A stretch of DNA of 64,000 bases, taken from Torpedo marmorata (lineage: Eukaryota). Position 1 is the stretch's first letter; the number at the start of each line of letters is the position of its first letter. The stretch spans positions 6,572,001 to 6,636,000 of the forward strand of contig OZ360249.1 in assembly GCA_977017645.1 (NCBI GenBank). Reading direction: 5' to 3'. Both the position numbers and the translations under genes were made by a program. The notes under the pieces are model-generated. The model worked only from the letters and a program-made list of their open reading frames with translations. It did no database searches and was not told where the DNA came from. Positions 48,169 through 61,098 of the stretch are shown here, in pieces.

Positions 48169-49727
48169 TTATCAGGTGTCATAGCGAATACCTGTGATTT
48201 CAACATAATCTGAGATATTTGTGGATATTTATAAAGGTAGACACTAGTCTAGAAATATTATTTCATTAATTTAATTCATTAAAGATTTCTTTTCATTCCT
48301 CTTTTGTCAGAAATGTTTCATTATAATGATGTTTTGCCATTTTATTTCTTTACCAAGGGCCATGTTCAGAAAGCAACGGTATACTGCCCCGTTCTAAATG
48401 GAGCACACTTTCAATGTTCTCTTGGAGGTTTTGTCTTGTGTCAGCCCACATTAGAAGCTGCTAAGTTGGGGACAGACATTTTCCTGCAGGTGTGGCAAAA
48501 TATTAACCTTTGTCTGAAGACAATACAGCATTGCAAGAAAATATTCTTCAGAGGAATTTTTCCATCAATATGATATGATATGAAATTATACCACTGCTTC
48601 TATGCTTCAAAAAATATATAACATTTTATTGTGTCATCTCACATATGAAAATAAGCTGCAAACACATTGCCTACTTGTGGTATTCCATTGCTGAACAACT
48701 TGAAAATCACTGTGAGCAGAAGTTAATCTGAGCTTCAATAACAACTACCAGTTAATGGTCAATTGGCTATGAAAAAGGCCAGAAATATATACACAAATAA
48801 TTATGCCTTTCATTATACATGTTCTGCAAACAGCTTTAATGCTGCATTCAAATTATTTTACAGTACATGGTTTAGACTGGCATCAATAAACTATACTATT
48901 TAGCATAATTTTACATGGAGAGAGCGACTTGGTGAATAATTTAGCAATATTTATAATACTGTCCAATTTGCAGTTAACTTGGCATGACACACATTGAAGA
49001 TGCGACCCCTGGCTAGAAAATATTAACCTGATGCCTTATTGGTGAACAGATTGTTTCACTAAACACCTTTTCTTCAATCTCCTTCCAAAGGCAATCCCAT
49101 GGATTCTGACGGACAGCTGATATTTCAGCCAGGTGTCTATTGAGTTTGTTAGCCTAAACAATAGGTCACTACCTATTAAAGACCAGCAGAATCATTGCCA
49201 TCATAACATAGATAGCAAGGATGTGATCTTGTTTTGATTAGAAATGTCATTCTCCATTTTGCAAAATACTAAATTCAATTATCCCACAAATACTAAAAGT
49301 AGTCAACTTTAAGTAGAGCTGTGGTCTGAACAGTTCAATAGTTCAATATTTTTAGCAGGCCAGGGTAACTTGCCTGCCTGTCAATAAGATAGATTCCCAT
49401 GGCTACAAAAATTAAATGAATTGCTCACCTAGCCATATACAAAAGAGAAACAAATTAAAATTAATGATTCGGTGTAGTAAATCTACCAGTTTATGAAAAA
49501 CCTGACTTGGTCTTCGTAGAGACAAAGTCTTCATGGAGACTGAGCAGTGGAAAACAGAGGAGGTTCATTTAGAAAATATACATGATTTTAATAAATACTC
49601 TTGTATTATGTTAATCCAATTTGATCTAAATATGTATAGAGACATTTTGAACATAACATGGAATCACAAACAGTGCCTGGATCTGTGAATCCATTTCTGC
49701 TGTTGGCAGATAATTGGGTAGAACACG

Positions 49728-50078
49728 CTCCCCACTCCTCATCGATGTGATCTACCGGGATCGTTGTCTGAAGAGGACGCGCAAAATCATTGAGGACCCC
49801 TTCCACCCCGCATACAGCATCTTTCAGTTGTTCCCGTCCAGCAGGCTGAGGAACAGCTTCTTCCCACTGGCAGTGAGAATGGTGACCGACCAAAGGAACC
49901 GCAATATTTATTTATTTATTTTTATAAATATAATACTTGTCCTGCATATGTATTATTTGTCTGTATGTGTGTTATGTCTGGTTGTGTGTCTGCATGTTTT
50001 TTCACCGAGGACCAGAGAACGCTGTTTCATTGGGTTTAACTTGTACAATCAGATGACAATAAACTTGACTTGACTTGA
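49728..50078 (+). mobile_element. Rex1/Babar 3' end
   Basis: IDVIYRDRCLKRTRKIIEDPFHPAYSIFQLFPS; (ACTTG)n tail; same family as 691-1156. Confidence 0.88.
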
Positions 50079-50204
50079 TTATCTGCTCTTCAAAATCATA
50101 TTGGGATCTATACGGCCAGCAGAACAGTTAGTGTCATGAACAGAGCTTGTTCCTGAAGAAATACACCTCTAGAAATTGTGTTCACCTTTAGTGTTATTCT
50201 AGAG

Positions 50205-50573
50205 CAGTGTCCCCTAAACTGTCCCCTAAACTCACATTCCACCTTAAGCAATCCCTATACTCTGTGATTAGTAAGGGATTGCTTAAGGTGGTATGTGAGT
50301 GGGAAGGGAAGGTTGAGAACCACTGCTCTACACCCAATTGTTACTGAAATATTTTGCTTGAGAAAAATTGTCATTGTCCCATTTCCTTTGGAGTTTTGAA
50401 ACCGTGCACGTAATGAGTCAATTAGATACGATTAAAACAGTGGTTTTCAAATTTTTTCATTCCACTCACATACCACCTTAAGCAATCCCTTACTAATCAC
50501 AGAGGGATAGGGATTGGCATAGGGATTGCTTAAGGTGGAATGTGAGTTTAGGGGGGCAGTTTGAAAACCACTG
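50205..50573. mobile_element. hAT-Charlie-type composite MITE (two inverted ~120-135 bp units)
   Basis: Units 50205-50325 (ends GGTTGAGAACCACTG) and 50438-50573 (CAGTGGTTTTCAAA...TTTGAAAACCACTG). Flanks TTCTAGAG/GTCTAGAG match the NTCTAGAN target consensus. Confidence 0.8.
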
Positions 50574-50581
50574 GTCTAGAG

Positions 50582-50786
50582 CAGCCATTCTCAACCTTCT
50601 TTGGGTTATGGCTCCCTTAGGGCTGCTCAAATTTTATGGACCCTCTTCCCTGTGAAGCAGTCAAGTTTATTTGGTTTCTTCTGTTCTTCTCTCCTGCTAA
50701 TGACTACATCAAAAACATTTTTTTAAAAATGATTTCAGCTGTGGCCCTGGGAGGTCGGGGTGTACAGCCCCCATTGAGAATGGCTG
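50582..50786. mobile_element. hAT-Charlie-type MITE
   Basis: Perfect 13-bp TIR CAGCCATTCTCAA/TTGAGAATGGCTG; 8-bp flanks GTCTAGAG and TTCTGGAG. Confidence 0.85.
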
Positions 50787-51904
50787 TTCTGGAGCATTGC
50801 TGGAAATTGGAGGCATTAGCTTTAGAGTAGGATGGAAACTCATGCTAATTTGAGTGATTAAAAAAACAGGTATTCCAAGTTTGGAGATTCTTATATTTGG
50901 GTAATTAGAAAGAGGTTAAAAAAAATTAGACCCAGAAGTTAGAGAAGGAAATAATGCAATATTTGTGATACGATTAGAATCAAAATATATGATGGCATGC
51001 TTGGAACCTAGTTGGACCAAAAATAGTTGGGAATAATTTAATTAAATGTTTGAATGATTCATACTGAGAAATAATAACAATTTGAAGTGATACTGGAATG
51101 TAATGAACATTTAGGTGATATACATTAAGAAGTGAAATGGAAGTGTTTTTGCACAACTGCATTTCCTCACTTGCTTTCTTCCAATGAAATTATATTTCCA
51201 TTTTTGAATTTGGGTTTGATTGCTTCCTCAGGTAATATGGTGGAATTCTCTACATACGTATCAGTTGACTACAAAGTATAGGCTTGACACAGTCTTCCCC
51301 TGAAAGTGTCCATATTTGGCCATCCCACTTAGGAAAAGGCCTAAAATAAGACTGAGAAGGGAAATTTTAATGAGCAACTCAATGAATCAAATGATATTCT
51401 GAAGCTGATTTCAAGACATTATTGGAGGAAAGATCTTAGGAATTTGATGACTGTGCTATCCCATGCAATGTAAATATTGACATTTATTGTCTCTCAGTGC
51501 CGACATCTTTGTGCTGCCCAACTGCTCTTGAACCAACTTTGGGTAAACTGTAATTCACTTAGATCCTATCGTAATTCTGACATAATGGTTCTCTATGTGG
51601 CCATTATCTGGGTTGAGTCAGATTTGTGGGATTCAATTTGACTCCAAACTAAATTTTCAATCATATAATCTATCAAAATGAAGTCTATTTTCACTTCCAA
51701 AAAAATTGTTCCATCTGCAACCACTTCTGTATAGATCCCATCCATGGATCAGTCCCTTCCAGATTCACCTTTCCTTTCTCATTCTCTTACCTGTCCTTTA
51801 GACCTGTACATTAGCATCTCATCCAATGCCATGAAACATGGACTAAATTTCGAAGTAATGCACTACAACAGATTTCTAAGTTCTAAATTCTCATTTAGAA
51901 TTTT

Positions 51905-52712
51905 CATGGAGTTCAATACAGATAAGTGCGAAGTGATACACTTTGGAGGCCAAACTTGAAGATGGATTATGTGGTTATTGACAGGATTCTTAACAGTGTA
52001 AAGAAACAGAAGTGTCTTGTGGTTCAGATACATAAATCCATCAAGGTTGCCACGCGAGTTGATAGGGTGGTTAAAAAGGCATCTGGTGTGCTGGCCTCAT
52101 TAGTCGGGGGGGGGGGGGGATTGAATTCAAAAGCTATGAGGTAATGTTGCAATTCTATAACACTCTGGTTAGACAAGACTTACAGTATTGTGTTCAGTTC
52201 TGGTCGCCTTGTTGCAGGAAGCATGTGGATGCTTTAGAGAGGGTGCAGAGGATATTTACCAGGATGTTGCCTGGATTGGAGAACATGCCCTATGAAGCAA
52301 AGCTAACAGAGCTCTTTGGAGCAATGAAGCATGTGAGGTGATTTAATAAAGGTATGCAAGATTATGAGGGGCATAAATAGGGTGGACAACCAGCACTGTT
52401 TTCCTGGCAACAATAGCAAATAGCAGAGGACATCTGCTTAAGGTGAGTGGAGGAATGTTTAGGGGAGATATCAGAGGTGATTTCTTTTTACACAGGGTGT
52501 GGGGGTGCCTGGAATGCATTGCCAAGGGTGGTGGTGGAGGCCGGTACAACGGGGACATTTAAAAGACTGTTAGATAGACACATGATGTAAGAAAAACACA
52601 AGGTTATGGGTATGACGTAGGGAAGGATTAGATTGTTATGGAGTAGGTTTATATAGGTTGGCACAAAGTCATAGGCCTAAGGGCCTGTAATGTGCTGTAA
52701 TGTTCTATTGTC
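51905..52712 (+). mobile_element. Degraded CR1 3' portion
   Basis: MEFNTDKCEVIHFG; LQYCVQFWSP..RKHVDALERVQRIFTRMLPGL; tail GGGCCTGTAATGTGCTGTAATGTTCTA. Confidence 0.88.
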
Positions 52713-53685
52713 TAGAATTGTGAAGTCAGAAGACCTACATAGGCCCAAAAGTTTTGAAGTTATCTGCTGATGGTGTGAACTTGCATGAATCAATTTTAAT
52801 TAATCAGGTTTTGAGAATATTATTTAATATTTATTGATGTCAGGGAGACGGGCTGAAGCCTCTAGTTTGCCATTCTCCAGATTAATCATTAAAAACAGTC
52901 CCGATTTAAAATGACTTTCTACCTATTGTCTGCAATTAACTATACTTCTGATACAGAATGCATCCTGCAAGATGAAATGAATACTGATTAACCAGCCTCT
53001 TTTAATAATGATACAAATTGAATCATTCATTATCAACAGATCTAGACTATTCTGTCTTCACATACCCCATTGCAACTTCTAGCAGGGCCGTGAAATGGAA
53101 AAGGGTGCGGACTTGCCTCAGGTATAGAATGATTTTGTATTGGAATTTGAAGTAAAATTCCAGATATAAGTTGCTTCACAAAACCATTTAACCAAAGCTG
53201 TACATTTTGCAAATTCCGCACTAAGCAAGGAAATCAGATTGCTTTTTGGGCGTTAAAGAAATGCTATTTTTGAGGGGAGGTTCAGAGACACCAGTTCCAA
53301 AGGAAACATTTTCTAACTGCTAATTTTAACCAATAAATTCCAGTGGTGTTTACTGGGGTGGGTGGGGGGTGGGGGGGGGGAGAGAAAGCAAAGCAAAACA
53401 TTTATTGAAGTAAACGTTGTTTGTAGTTGTGATCGATGGAAATTTATTCTTATCCTATTTACTGTGATATTTACTCTAAAATTCATCTTGCCGCTGACTT
53501 GGTTGAAGTCGGAAACTGATTTCTTGGTTAACCTGACTTCTTAGTGAATACATTCGAAATGTCAATAGGATTAACTCTATAACATCATGATCTATGTTTA
53601 TCTCCAGTTCGATATCATATGGTAAACTTCTGTCAAACATTATTTTCTGAAAGTCTAAATTACAAATAACCACCTCATAGAAGAA

Positions 53686-53850
53686 CAGGCCGCCCAGGTA
53701 GAATTGCTGCCTCCGTGTGCTGACTCGAGTTCCATCTGTGAGGAGTTTGCATGTTCTTGCTGTTGACCGCATGGGTTTCCCCGAGTAATTCAGGTTTCCT
53801 CTCAAATCCATGCTGGTTGGTACTTTATTTGGCGTGTGTAAATTATCCCT
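53686..53850 (+). mobile_element. Old V-SINE remnant
   Basis: CTGTGAGGAGTTTGCATGTTCT...GCATGGGTTTCCCCGAG...CAGGTTTCCTC V-domain. Confidence 0.65.
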
Positions 53851-54814
53851 GCTCCAGGTGAGTTGCAGGAAAGTCGGGGGTGGGTGAAGTTGAGAGGTTT
53901 CTCGTTTTAAAGGGGGAATATGGGTTTGATGGGTTCATTGTAGACACGATTGTTTGAATAACGAGCCGTGAACAACACATTGGACATCAACAATACCACA
54001 GCATATCTATATACACATATCAATATTATGACACTGGCGGAAATAGATGTTAAAGAAGTGATGGACTAATTATTTGATCCGTCGTACCATTCTGATATCC
54101 GATGTGGAAGATGTGAAAGGGTGAAGTGTCAAAAAGTCGTGAAAATAAAACCATACATAAATGCTGTACACCTAAAACAAAACAATCGGAAAACGCTGGA
54201 AATGCTCAGCATGCCAGATCGGTCTGTGGGAAGAGAAACAAAACTCAACACTTCAGGTTGGGGATGAGACCGAACCTGCTGTGTTTATCGTGCAAAAAAA
54301 AAAACCCCAGAAAAAATAGGTCCCAACTGTGATTTTGGAACGCGTCCCTTCAACATAAAATACAAATAAATTAGTAAAAGGGGACGTGATGCGATAATGG
54401 AACATTGTAATCATCTTTAAACGAATACATTCAGTTATAAGCGTTTCTTCAGTGATGATCTGAACTTTTCCCAATGAGCTGTATCTCTACGTCAGAGTAA
54501 TTTTTAAACGAGTAGGGGTTTGTTCAATTTAATATGAAAGCTTTGAGAATAACGATCCCGCATACAATCACTAAAATATGCTGAGACAAGGATAATCTGA
54601 ATGTCTAACATAGCGTTTTATCTATTTGAAGAAAAATGTTCTTAGAGCTCCTATGGGGATTCCTCTATGCCTTTCTTTAATCTCAGTTTTAATCATAACT
54701 CAACCTTACTGTAGATCTTCAAAACTCATAAATCTCAGAAGAAAAAAAAGAATTTGTGTGGTTTTCATGGAAAATAATATCTAAGGAATGCGCGATTTTA
54801 ATCAATATCTTGGC

Positions 54815-55165
54815 AGATCCCATTTGAACATTAAAATCAAGGCAGGCGCTGCAGTTCAGTGTAGAGGGAGATCTTGCTGAAGGGAGATCTTTCGGAAGGG
54901 ACATTTTAACTTCTGCTCTCGGAAGGAAATAGGGCATTTTCTGACGTACTGATTTCAGAGGAGACACTTCACGGTTGTCCTGGCTGACAGTTCTCCCTGA
55001 ATCAACTGCATTAAAACAGTACGTGTTCTACCCATCCTAATGATAGTTCGAGGGAGTTTGCTGTGCACATTTTGGCTGTCGTTTCCAGGTTGTTGTAATT
55101 CAGAAGTACTTCATTGCTTGTAACACGCTTTGGCATATCCCGAGATAGCGAAAAATGGTCATTTT
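54815..55165 (+). mobile_element. Ancient Deu-domain SINE (SacSINE1/AmnSINE-like) remnant
   Basis: CAGTGTAGAGGGAG...TCTTTCGGAAGGGACATT...GTCCTGGC...GGGAGTTTGCTGTGCACATTTTGGCTG...AAGTACTTCATTGCTTGTAACACGCTTTGG resembles the recalled DeuSINE consensus. Confidence 0.55.
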
Positions 55166-56194
55166 TCTCAAATAAAGCACAGTAACAATCGCCCGAATCA
55201 CTTTCCACGTTGTTGGAACAAGTTGCATCGTTCCAGAGGTGGGAAGAAACCTAAATCGAGGCACTCAAAGCCTCACTTCTGGATAACAAGCCTTTGGCAG
55301 GCACGGCTGCACTGGAGAGGCTTGTAGTTCCCCACGTGACAGCAGTTTGCGACATGCTTTCCTCTCCAAGCACAGCCATCACCGCCCTCAGCACCTTGTA
55401 ACCTGTCACCTCTTTGACATGCAATTATTCCCTGTGTGCTGTCACAATAAAATTTATATCATTGTTAGTGTTAAATTGTAACACTCATTATAATACAGCA
55501 ATGTTTGGGTAATATCGCTCATTTAATCTAAGTGTAAATTACAGACACCCATTGCAAGTGACGGCATATTAGTACCTGTACAGAGTGTGGAGTTTTGACT
55601 AGGCGATTAAAGTGGATCGTTTTTCAAACGTGGATGATTTCCTATAAGAGACTCGCAAAATATCAAAGAAGAGATTATCAAAAAACACAACACCCCCAAC
55701 TGCAAATTGCCATTTGAAGAATATTCGAAATCAACAAATATCCAGAAAACAAGGAACATTCATTAAAACCTCAACCTGGACCGCCTGTCATTGAATTGAC
55801 CGTGGCTTTGGACAATTTGCAAAACTATGAAGCTTTTTTTTTTCTTTCTTAGTATTATTTACTCATTCGATCTCATTTTAAATCGGCAACAACGTAGAGC
55901 AGATACTGACATGCAAGTTACAGTAGACAAGGCAAATTTCAAGAACACTTTTAAAGTTATCCTTGATGAATACTGTGCAATAACCATACTCTTTAGAAAT
56001 ATGACACTATTTTCACTGCAGGTACCTCCACGATTTCAAGATGCACTTCATGGAGTGTAGTGGTAGACAATACCATTAATTCTAAGTTATATTTTGGTAT
56101 TTTTATGGAAGGATGTTTTTGGTCTTGCGTCTGGTGCCATCAAGGATCCTTTAGGATCCACTGAATGATAATGGGGATTCCACTCTAATAGTTT

Positions 56195-56385
56195 TCAAGT
56201 CAAGTTTATTGTCATCTGATTGCACAAGTACAACCCGACGAAACAGCGTTCTCTGGTCCTCGGTGCAAAACATGCTGACACACAACCAGACATAACACAC
56301 ACACATACAGACAAACAAGCAGGACAAGTATTATAATGTATAAAAATAAATAAATAAATAACTATTGTTCCGTAAATATGAGAGT
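56195..56385 (-). mobile_element. Rex1/Babar 3' UTR/tail
   Basis: Reverse complement of ~960-1150. Confidence 0.85.
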
Positions 56386-56411
56386 CCACTCCACACGATA
56401 TCAAACTCTGT

Positions 56412-56413
<2 letters not shown>

Positions 56414-56446
<33 letters not shown>

Positions 56447-56455
56447 GCGCGCGTA
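56414..56455. repeat. (AC)15 followed by a (GC)n alternating purine-pyrimidine tract
   Basis: Read directly from the sequence. Confidence 0.95.
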
Positions 56456-57424
56456 ACTGAAAAGGATAAAGCAAGACTATTGATATAAAAATACAACCCA
56501 TGCACATAAAATTCGATTGTTCACTACATCGTTGAAGAATTAGCATATTGATTACATTGATTGAAACAGACCGTATTACAATTGACGATGGAAAGAAAAT
56601 GAAAACAGGTTGTAGGATTTATCAGGAAATCGAGATATTATATTAAATGCACCCCTGCGCTTTCCATTGCGACACCCGAATCCGCCATTGAGACAAGACA
56701 GAATATTTTGTCTTTATATTTTCATTGCGATTCCAGTAAATAGCACGATAATTATATATTTCAATTTGTTTTTGAAAAGTTGCACAAAGCCAAAAAGCAT
56801 GGGGAAAAACACAGGATTAACAGAATATATGTAATAAGGGTTATGACCTAACCCCGTTTCGGCCCTAAAACAGTGCATGGAATGCTCAATTTGAAATCTC
56901 ACCTGTTGAAAAAGGAATTGCTTATCCCCATTCCAGTAAAGCAAACTGATAACAAGAAACCAGGACATGCCAGGAACTACCACCTGCTCATATCTGAAAT
57001 TATATTACAAACCAAAACTCGACATAAATATTGTTCAGAGAGGATTATTTCGTCCTCATATTTTGTGTTTTGGAAGAGGGAATAGAATCGTACAATTACG
57101 TTACTCGTATTAAATGTCACTATCAACCACTTTCAGATCAGATATGATTAGAGATCATTTCGCTTCTCAACTGTGCAATATTCCTTTCATGGCATGATGA
57201 CCCGATACCCAGGAATGAAAAGGCAGGAACTATATTTTACTTCGAAGCTCTCGAGATACATCTCTGATGATTAAGGAGAACAATAATAGAGGTAGAATGA
57301 GATTTGGTTTAAAGAGGGTTGGATTTATTTTGTTGTAGGACATGCTTACGCTCGACTAATGCAACTGGTTTTTTTTTCCATTTAGGGCAGCTACGATATT
57401 ATTATCGACTTACTTCTATTTTCC

Positions 57425-57705
57425 CTCTAGCGTGACGTTGAAACGTCTCCCCCTCTGATTTCAATGGTGGGCATTATATTCCTTGGCAGTATTTCAAAGA
57501 AGAGCAATTGAATTAGCTTTTTGGTACTGTCCGAACCAAAAATACACAACAGGTTACATGGTTGAGATAAGATTGTTGTCAGTGGGAATTTGCTGTGTTC
57601 ACATTGCCCAGTGCGTCTCCTATATTACTTTACTCAACTACTTCACATCTTATGAGGAGCTTTGAATGCCCTGGGGAGGTATAAGGTCCAGACAAATGCA
57701 ACTAT
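57425..57705 (+). mobile_element. Ancient Deu-domain SINE remnant
   Basis: CCTTGGCAGTATTTCAAAGAAGAGCA...GTGGGAATTTGCTGTGTTCACATTG...AAATGCAA; resembles 54815-55165. Confidence 0.5.
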
Positions 57706-59444
57706 TTTTTTGTGGAATAAAAGTTCCATGTCAAGGATTTTTTTGGTATTGTAATTAACACAACAAATGCACTAACATATTAACTCACCTGTCGTTAATC
57801 AGTTAAAATAGAATTGTTTAGTTTATAGACATTTACTCACTTAATAAGAATTCGCACTGAAATATACAGTATGCGAAAAAGCAACAGATTTATTTTAAAA
57901 TTAGTAATTGAAGGTTAGCGATACGTTGATAAATGAATACAAAATACAGCGAATAAATACGTTTTGAATACTGTAATTTGGACCGAGTGAATATAGTAAG
58001 CTACAGCGACCTGCAACGGCGATGTTTGATGTGTGTTCCTGACCTGAAAGAGATGCAATGCATGCAATAATTGAAGATGTCTGCATTGTTAATACATCTC
58101 ATGCCTTAGTTCTTCCGGTTCCATAACAAAAAATGGCAGTGATATCTTGACATTATTGGCATTAATGAAACTGATTATTTCATCCATTGAGTTGTGTTGG
58201 GAAAGTGCTACCTTGTTAATCTGCCGTGAAAACTAATAGGATTAACTTGCCATTTGCAAAAAAAAAAAAAAGGTATGACCTTCCTTAACCGACTGGTTGT
58301 GATAATATTCAGATTATACCAGTCAAACTCTTGATTAACATTTGTAATCTCGATTAAAATATTCTATACTCAAAAATCTAACCAATCATAACTAAAATAA
58401 AAGTCAATATGCAGAAGAAGAATCTTGGAAATACACTCTTAAACACCACTGATTCATATATGTCCAGATTCTAAACACTGTGACATGTGTACTTGTGAAC
58501 ATTCCATCCTCACGCGTCATATATCTCATGTTAACGCATTAACCATTCGTATCAGAAAATGGAACGTCAATATGGAACAACTCTGTCCCTTTGACCTTTG
58601 CTTTAAAGGAAGAAAATATCAGCCACTTTATTTTCTACCTTCCACTTCCCCAACGCTCTTTCCGATCTGAGAATTATCGGTCAACATTTGGATCTTTTTG
58701 TGTCATTTGGAAATTAATTTGGCATGCTTAGTTAACGTGTAACCGCCATTTCCAACCACAGCCTTCCCCCAATTAATACATTCGTAATATTTCAGTTCAT
58801 CGTGATTAATCTGATTAAAATGGTCTATTCTAACAAATGAACGGTCTTATGTCTTCTACCTCGCCTTTGCATGCAATCGATCGAAATACCTGAGATACAT
58901 CGTTCTGCTAGTTCTAATATATTTGTAAGATCTCTGAACTGAAGTCATTGATACAAACATTGGAGCGACAAATGTGCTCAGGCCAGTGAGCAATAGAACT
59001 GGGAAATAATGTTTGCAAATTGCGTAGGACAACAAAAGCAAAGGAATGTGGGAATAAATCTTTCATTTCCTGAAACCGTCCACATAGGATTTGGCGAATA
59101 GTTCTTTCCAACGTCTTCAAGGGCTTTGATGCTATCGAGCAATCTAGTATAAATGGTTGTGCTCTAAGCGCACACTCTAAATGTCTGCCACGTGTTATGT
59201 ACAGTGAAATTGTATTTGACAAGCATTTCTCCAGCCTTAAACGTGAATTGGTCCATTCACAAGGCTAGAACAATCAGCGGACGATTAAAAAAATAATTCC
59301 CGACCTCTTGCCTTTCAAACGACAAATTTAAACGATTATCACAAGAGATCAAAATAACTTCCCCTCCCACCCTCGCGATAGCGATTCTTAAAATTTATGC
59401 CCTCTTCTGTCTTCAGTTAACCACGACCTGCATTCTTTCTAGCT

Positions 59445-59535
59445 GGTAACAGTGACTACACTCCATGACACTCGCTGTAAAGCATTTTAAGATGTCCTGT
59501 GGCCGCGTAAGGCGCTACGTAAACGCACGTTCTTC
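59445..59535 (+). mobile_element. Deu-SINE/L2-type 3' tail remnant
   Basis: AACAGTGACTACACT...GCTGTAAAGCATTTTAAGATGTCCTG...AAGGCGCTACGTAAACGCA. Confidence 0.5.
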
Positions 59536-61077
59536 CCAATGCATCTAGATGACAATATGATGGGGTGTGCGGTTGAACTGGATTCAAGTTGCATCGCAGC
59601 GCAAAGGCATCAGATTTGTACACACGCCTCTAGCGAATTTATTTTTTTAAACGATCGCACTTTACTAAGATTCTTGGATCAAATAATTACTGTGTAAAGT
59701 TATTTGTTCAGCGCGTTAATTAAACATATATGACTGTCGGAATATCTTCCACCTCCTGACCCCATTGACGAACTATTTGGTCTGGCCGAATGCAGCGACA
59801 TGAGGTGTAACGGCACGATGCATAATGCCTAGGGCAGGCCCATTGTGCACAGGTTTGGTGTTTGTAAGATTTCAACGTCGTACTGAAAGCGCCTGAAATT
59901 CGTGCCTGCCATATGAGAATAACCTCGAATGCCTTCCACACCCTCACCACCACAGCAGGCGCTCACATTGCACACTTTCTCTGTCTCAACTACAGATCAC
60001 TTTCTAATGCAGCATCGTGTGAGACACACTGATGATTCATATCCATTTGATTCAGCTGCACACATACGGTCGACGGTTAAAGGCACGGAGGGGACTTAGG
60101 CCCAGAAAAATTCACTAAATCTCTGGTTTTACGGCTGATGCATAACGGTCCCTCTACACATACTCAATCTTGGCAACCGAGCAATGGAAAGTGCTATGAG
60201 GATTTTTGAAAAATATTGATTGGATTCTAAAGAAGATTCCCATCCTGTTCCGGTGTGACAAACTTGTTCACGATAAAGGAGGAGACGGAGATAAAGGGGT
60301 TTCTGATGCCCATTAAACTTGTCCCTGCATAATACTGATTTTCTGGTATAGACATCCTCCACTTATGATCCGTTTCAGACTTAGCCCTCGGAGAAGATTA
60401 GCCCGACACAGATTTATTAGTAAGAACGGTTCAGTTAAGATTTGGCTGGGCAGGTGAAAGTGGAAGCTAGGCCACGTGATCTCATTTGATTAGTTCTGAT
60501 TCATTTATTCAATGAAGATTTTCCGCTTGTCATCGACCAATGAATAGGAGTCATTGTGTTACAGGCCTGGGCATGGTCCCACGACTCCACGCATAGCACT
60601 GGACGTGTATCTATTCCTCAGCCATAGACAAGTCTCCCCGTTCAAAATCTATTAGCACTTAATCCACATGAGATGAGGGTATGGATTATTTACACAATGG
60701 CCATGATTACTAATCACAGAATAAAATCAACTGGCTGCTGCCTCTCGTTTAAATTCAGATCTGCTTTGCCTTGTTAGTGTTCGGGCATTTTATCACGAGT
60801 GACTGAGTCCTTGGGAATGTTTTAATCATTATATAGAAATCCAGCTCGCTCGCTCTCTCTGTACATGAAAAGGAAGTTGTAGTCTCATATCAAGCCTTTA
60901 CATTCAACAACCAAGGATCGCTAATGATGGATGAGAGGAGTGAATGCCACGAAACAAACCATAGAAGGTCTTAAAATAAAGCGAACAGAGGCTTAAGCTA
61001 TATTAAATTACCCTGATTAGGAATCCTGGGTCTAGTCAAAGGCTGTCGGAGAGGCTGGGAGTCTGAAAGTACTGCTG

Positions 61078-61098
61078 TTCAGCACCGGGGAGAGGGTC
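61078..61098 (+). promoter_or_regulatory. REST/NRSF binding site (RE1/NRSE), candidate
   Basis: TTCAGCACCggGGAGAGggtc versus consensus TTCAGCACCacGGACAGcgcc: perfect left half, canonical 2-bp spacer, right half 5/6. Confidence 0.65.

Noticed and set aside
43093-55396. Extra RE1 half-sites (43093, 44405, 55388)
   Set aside because: Only the TCAGCACC half is present; the right halves match poorly.
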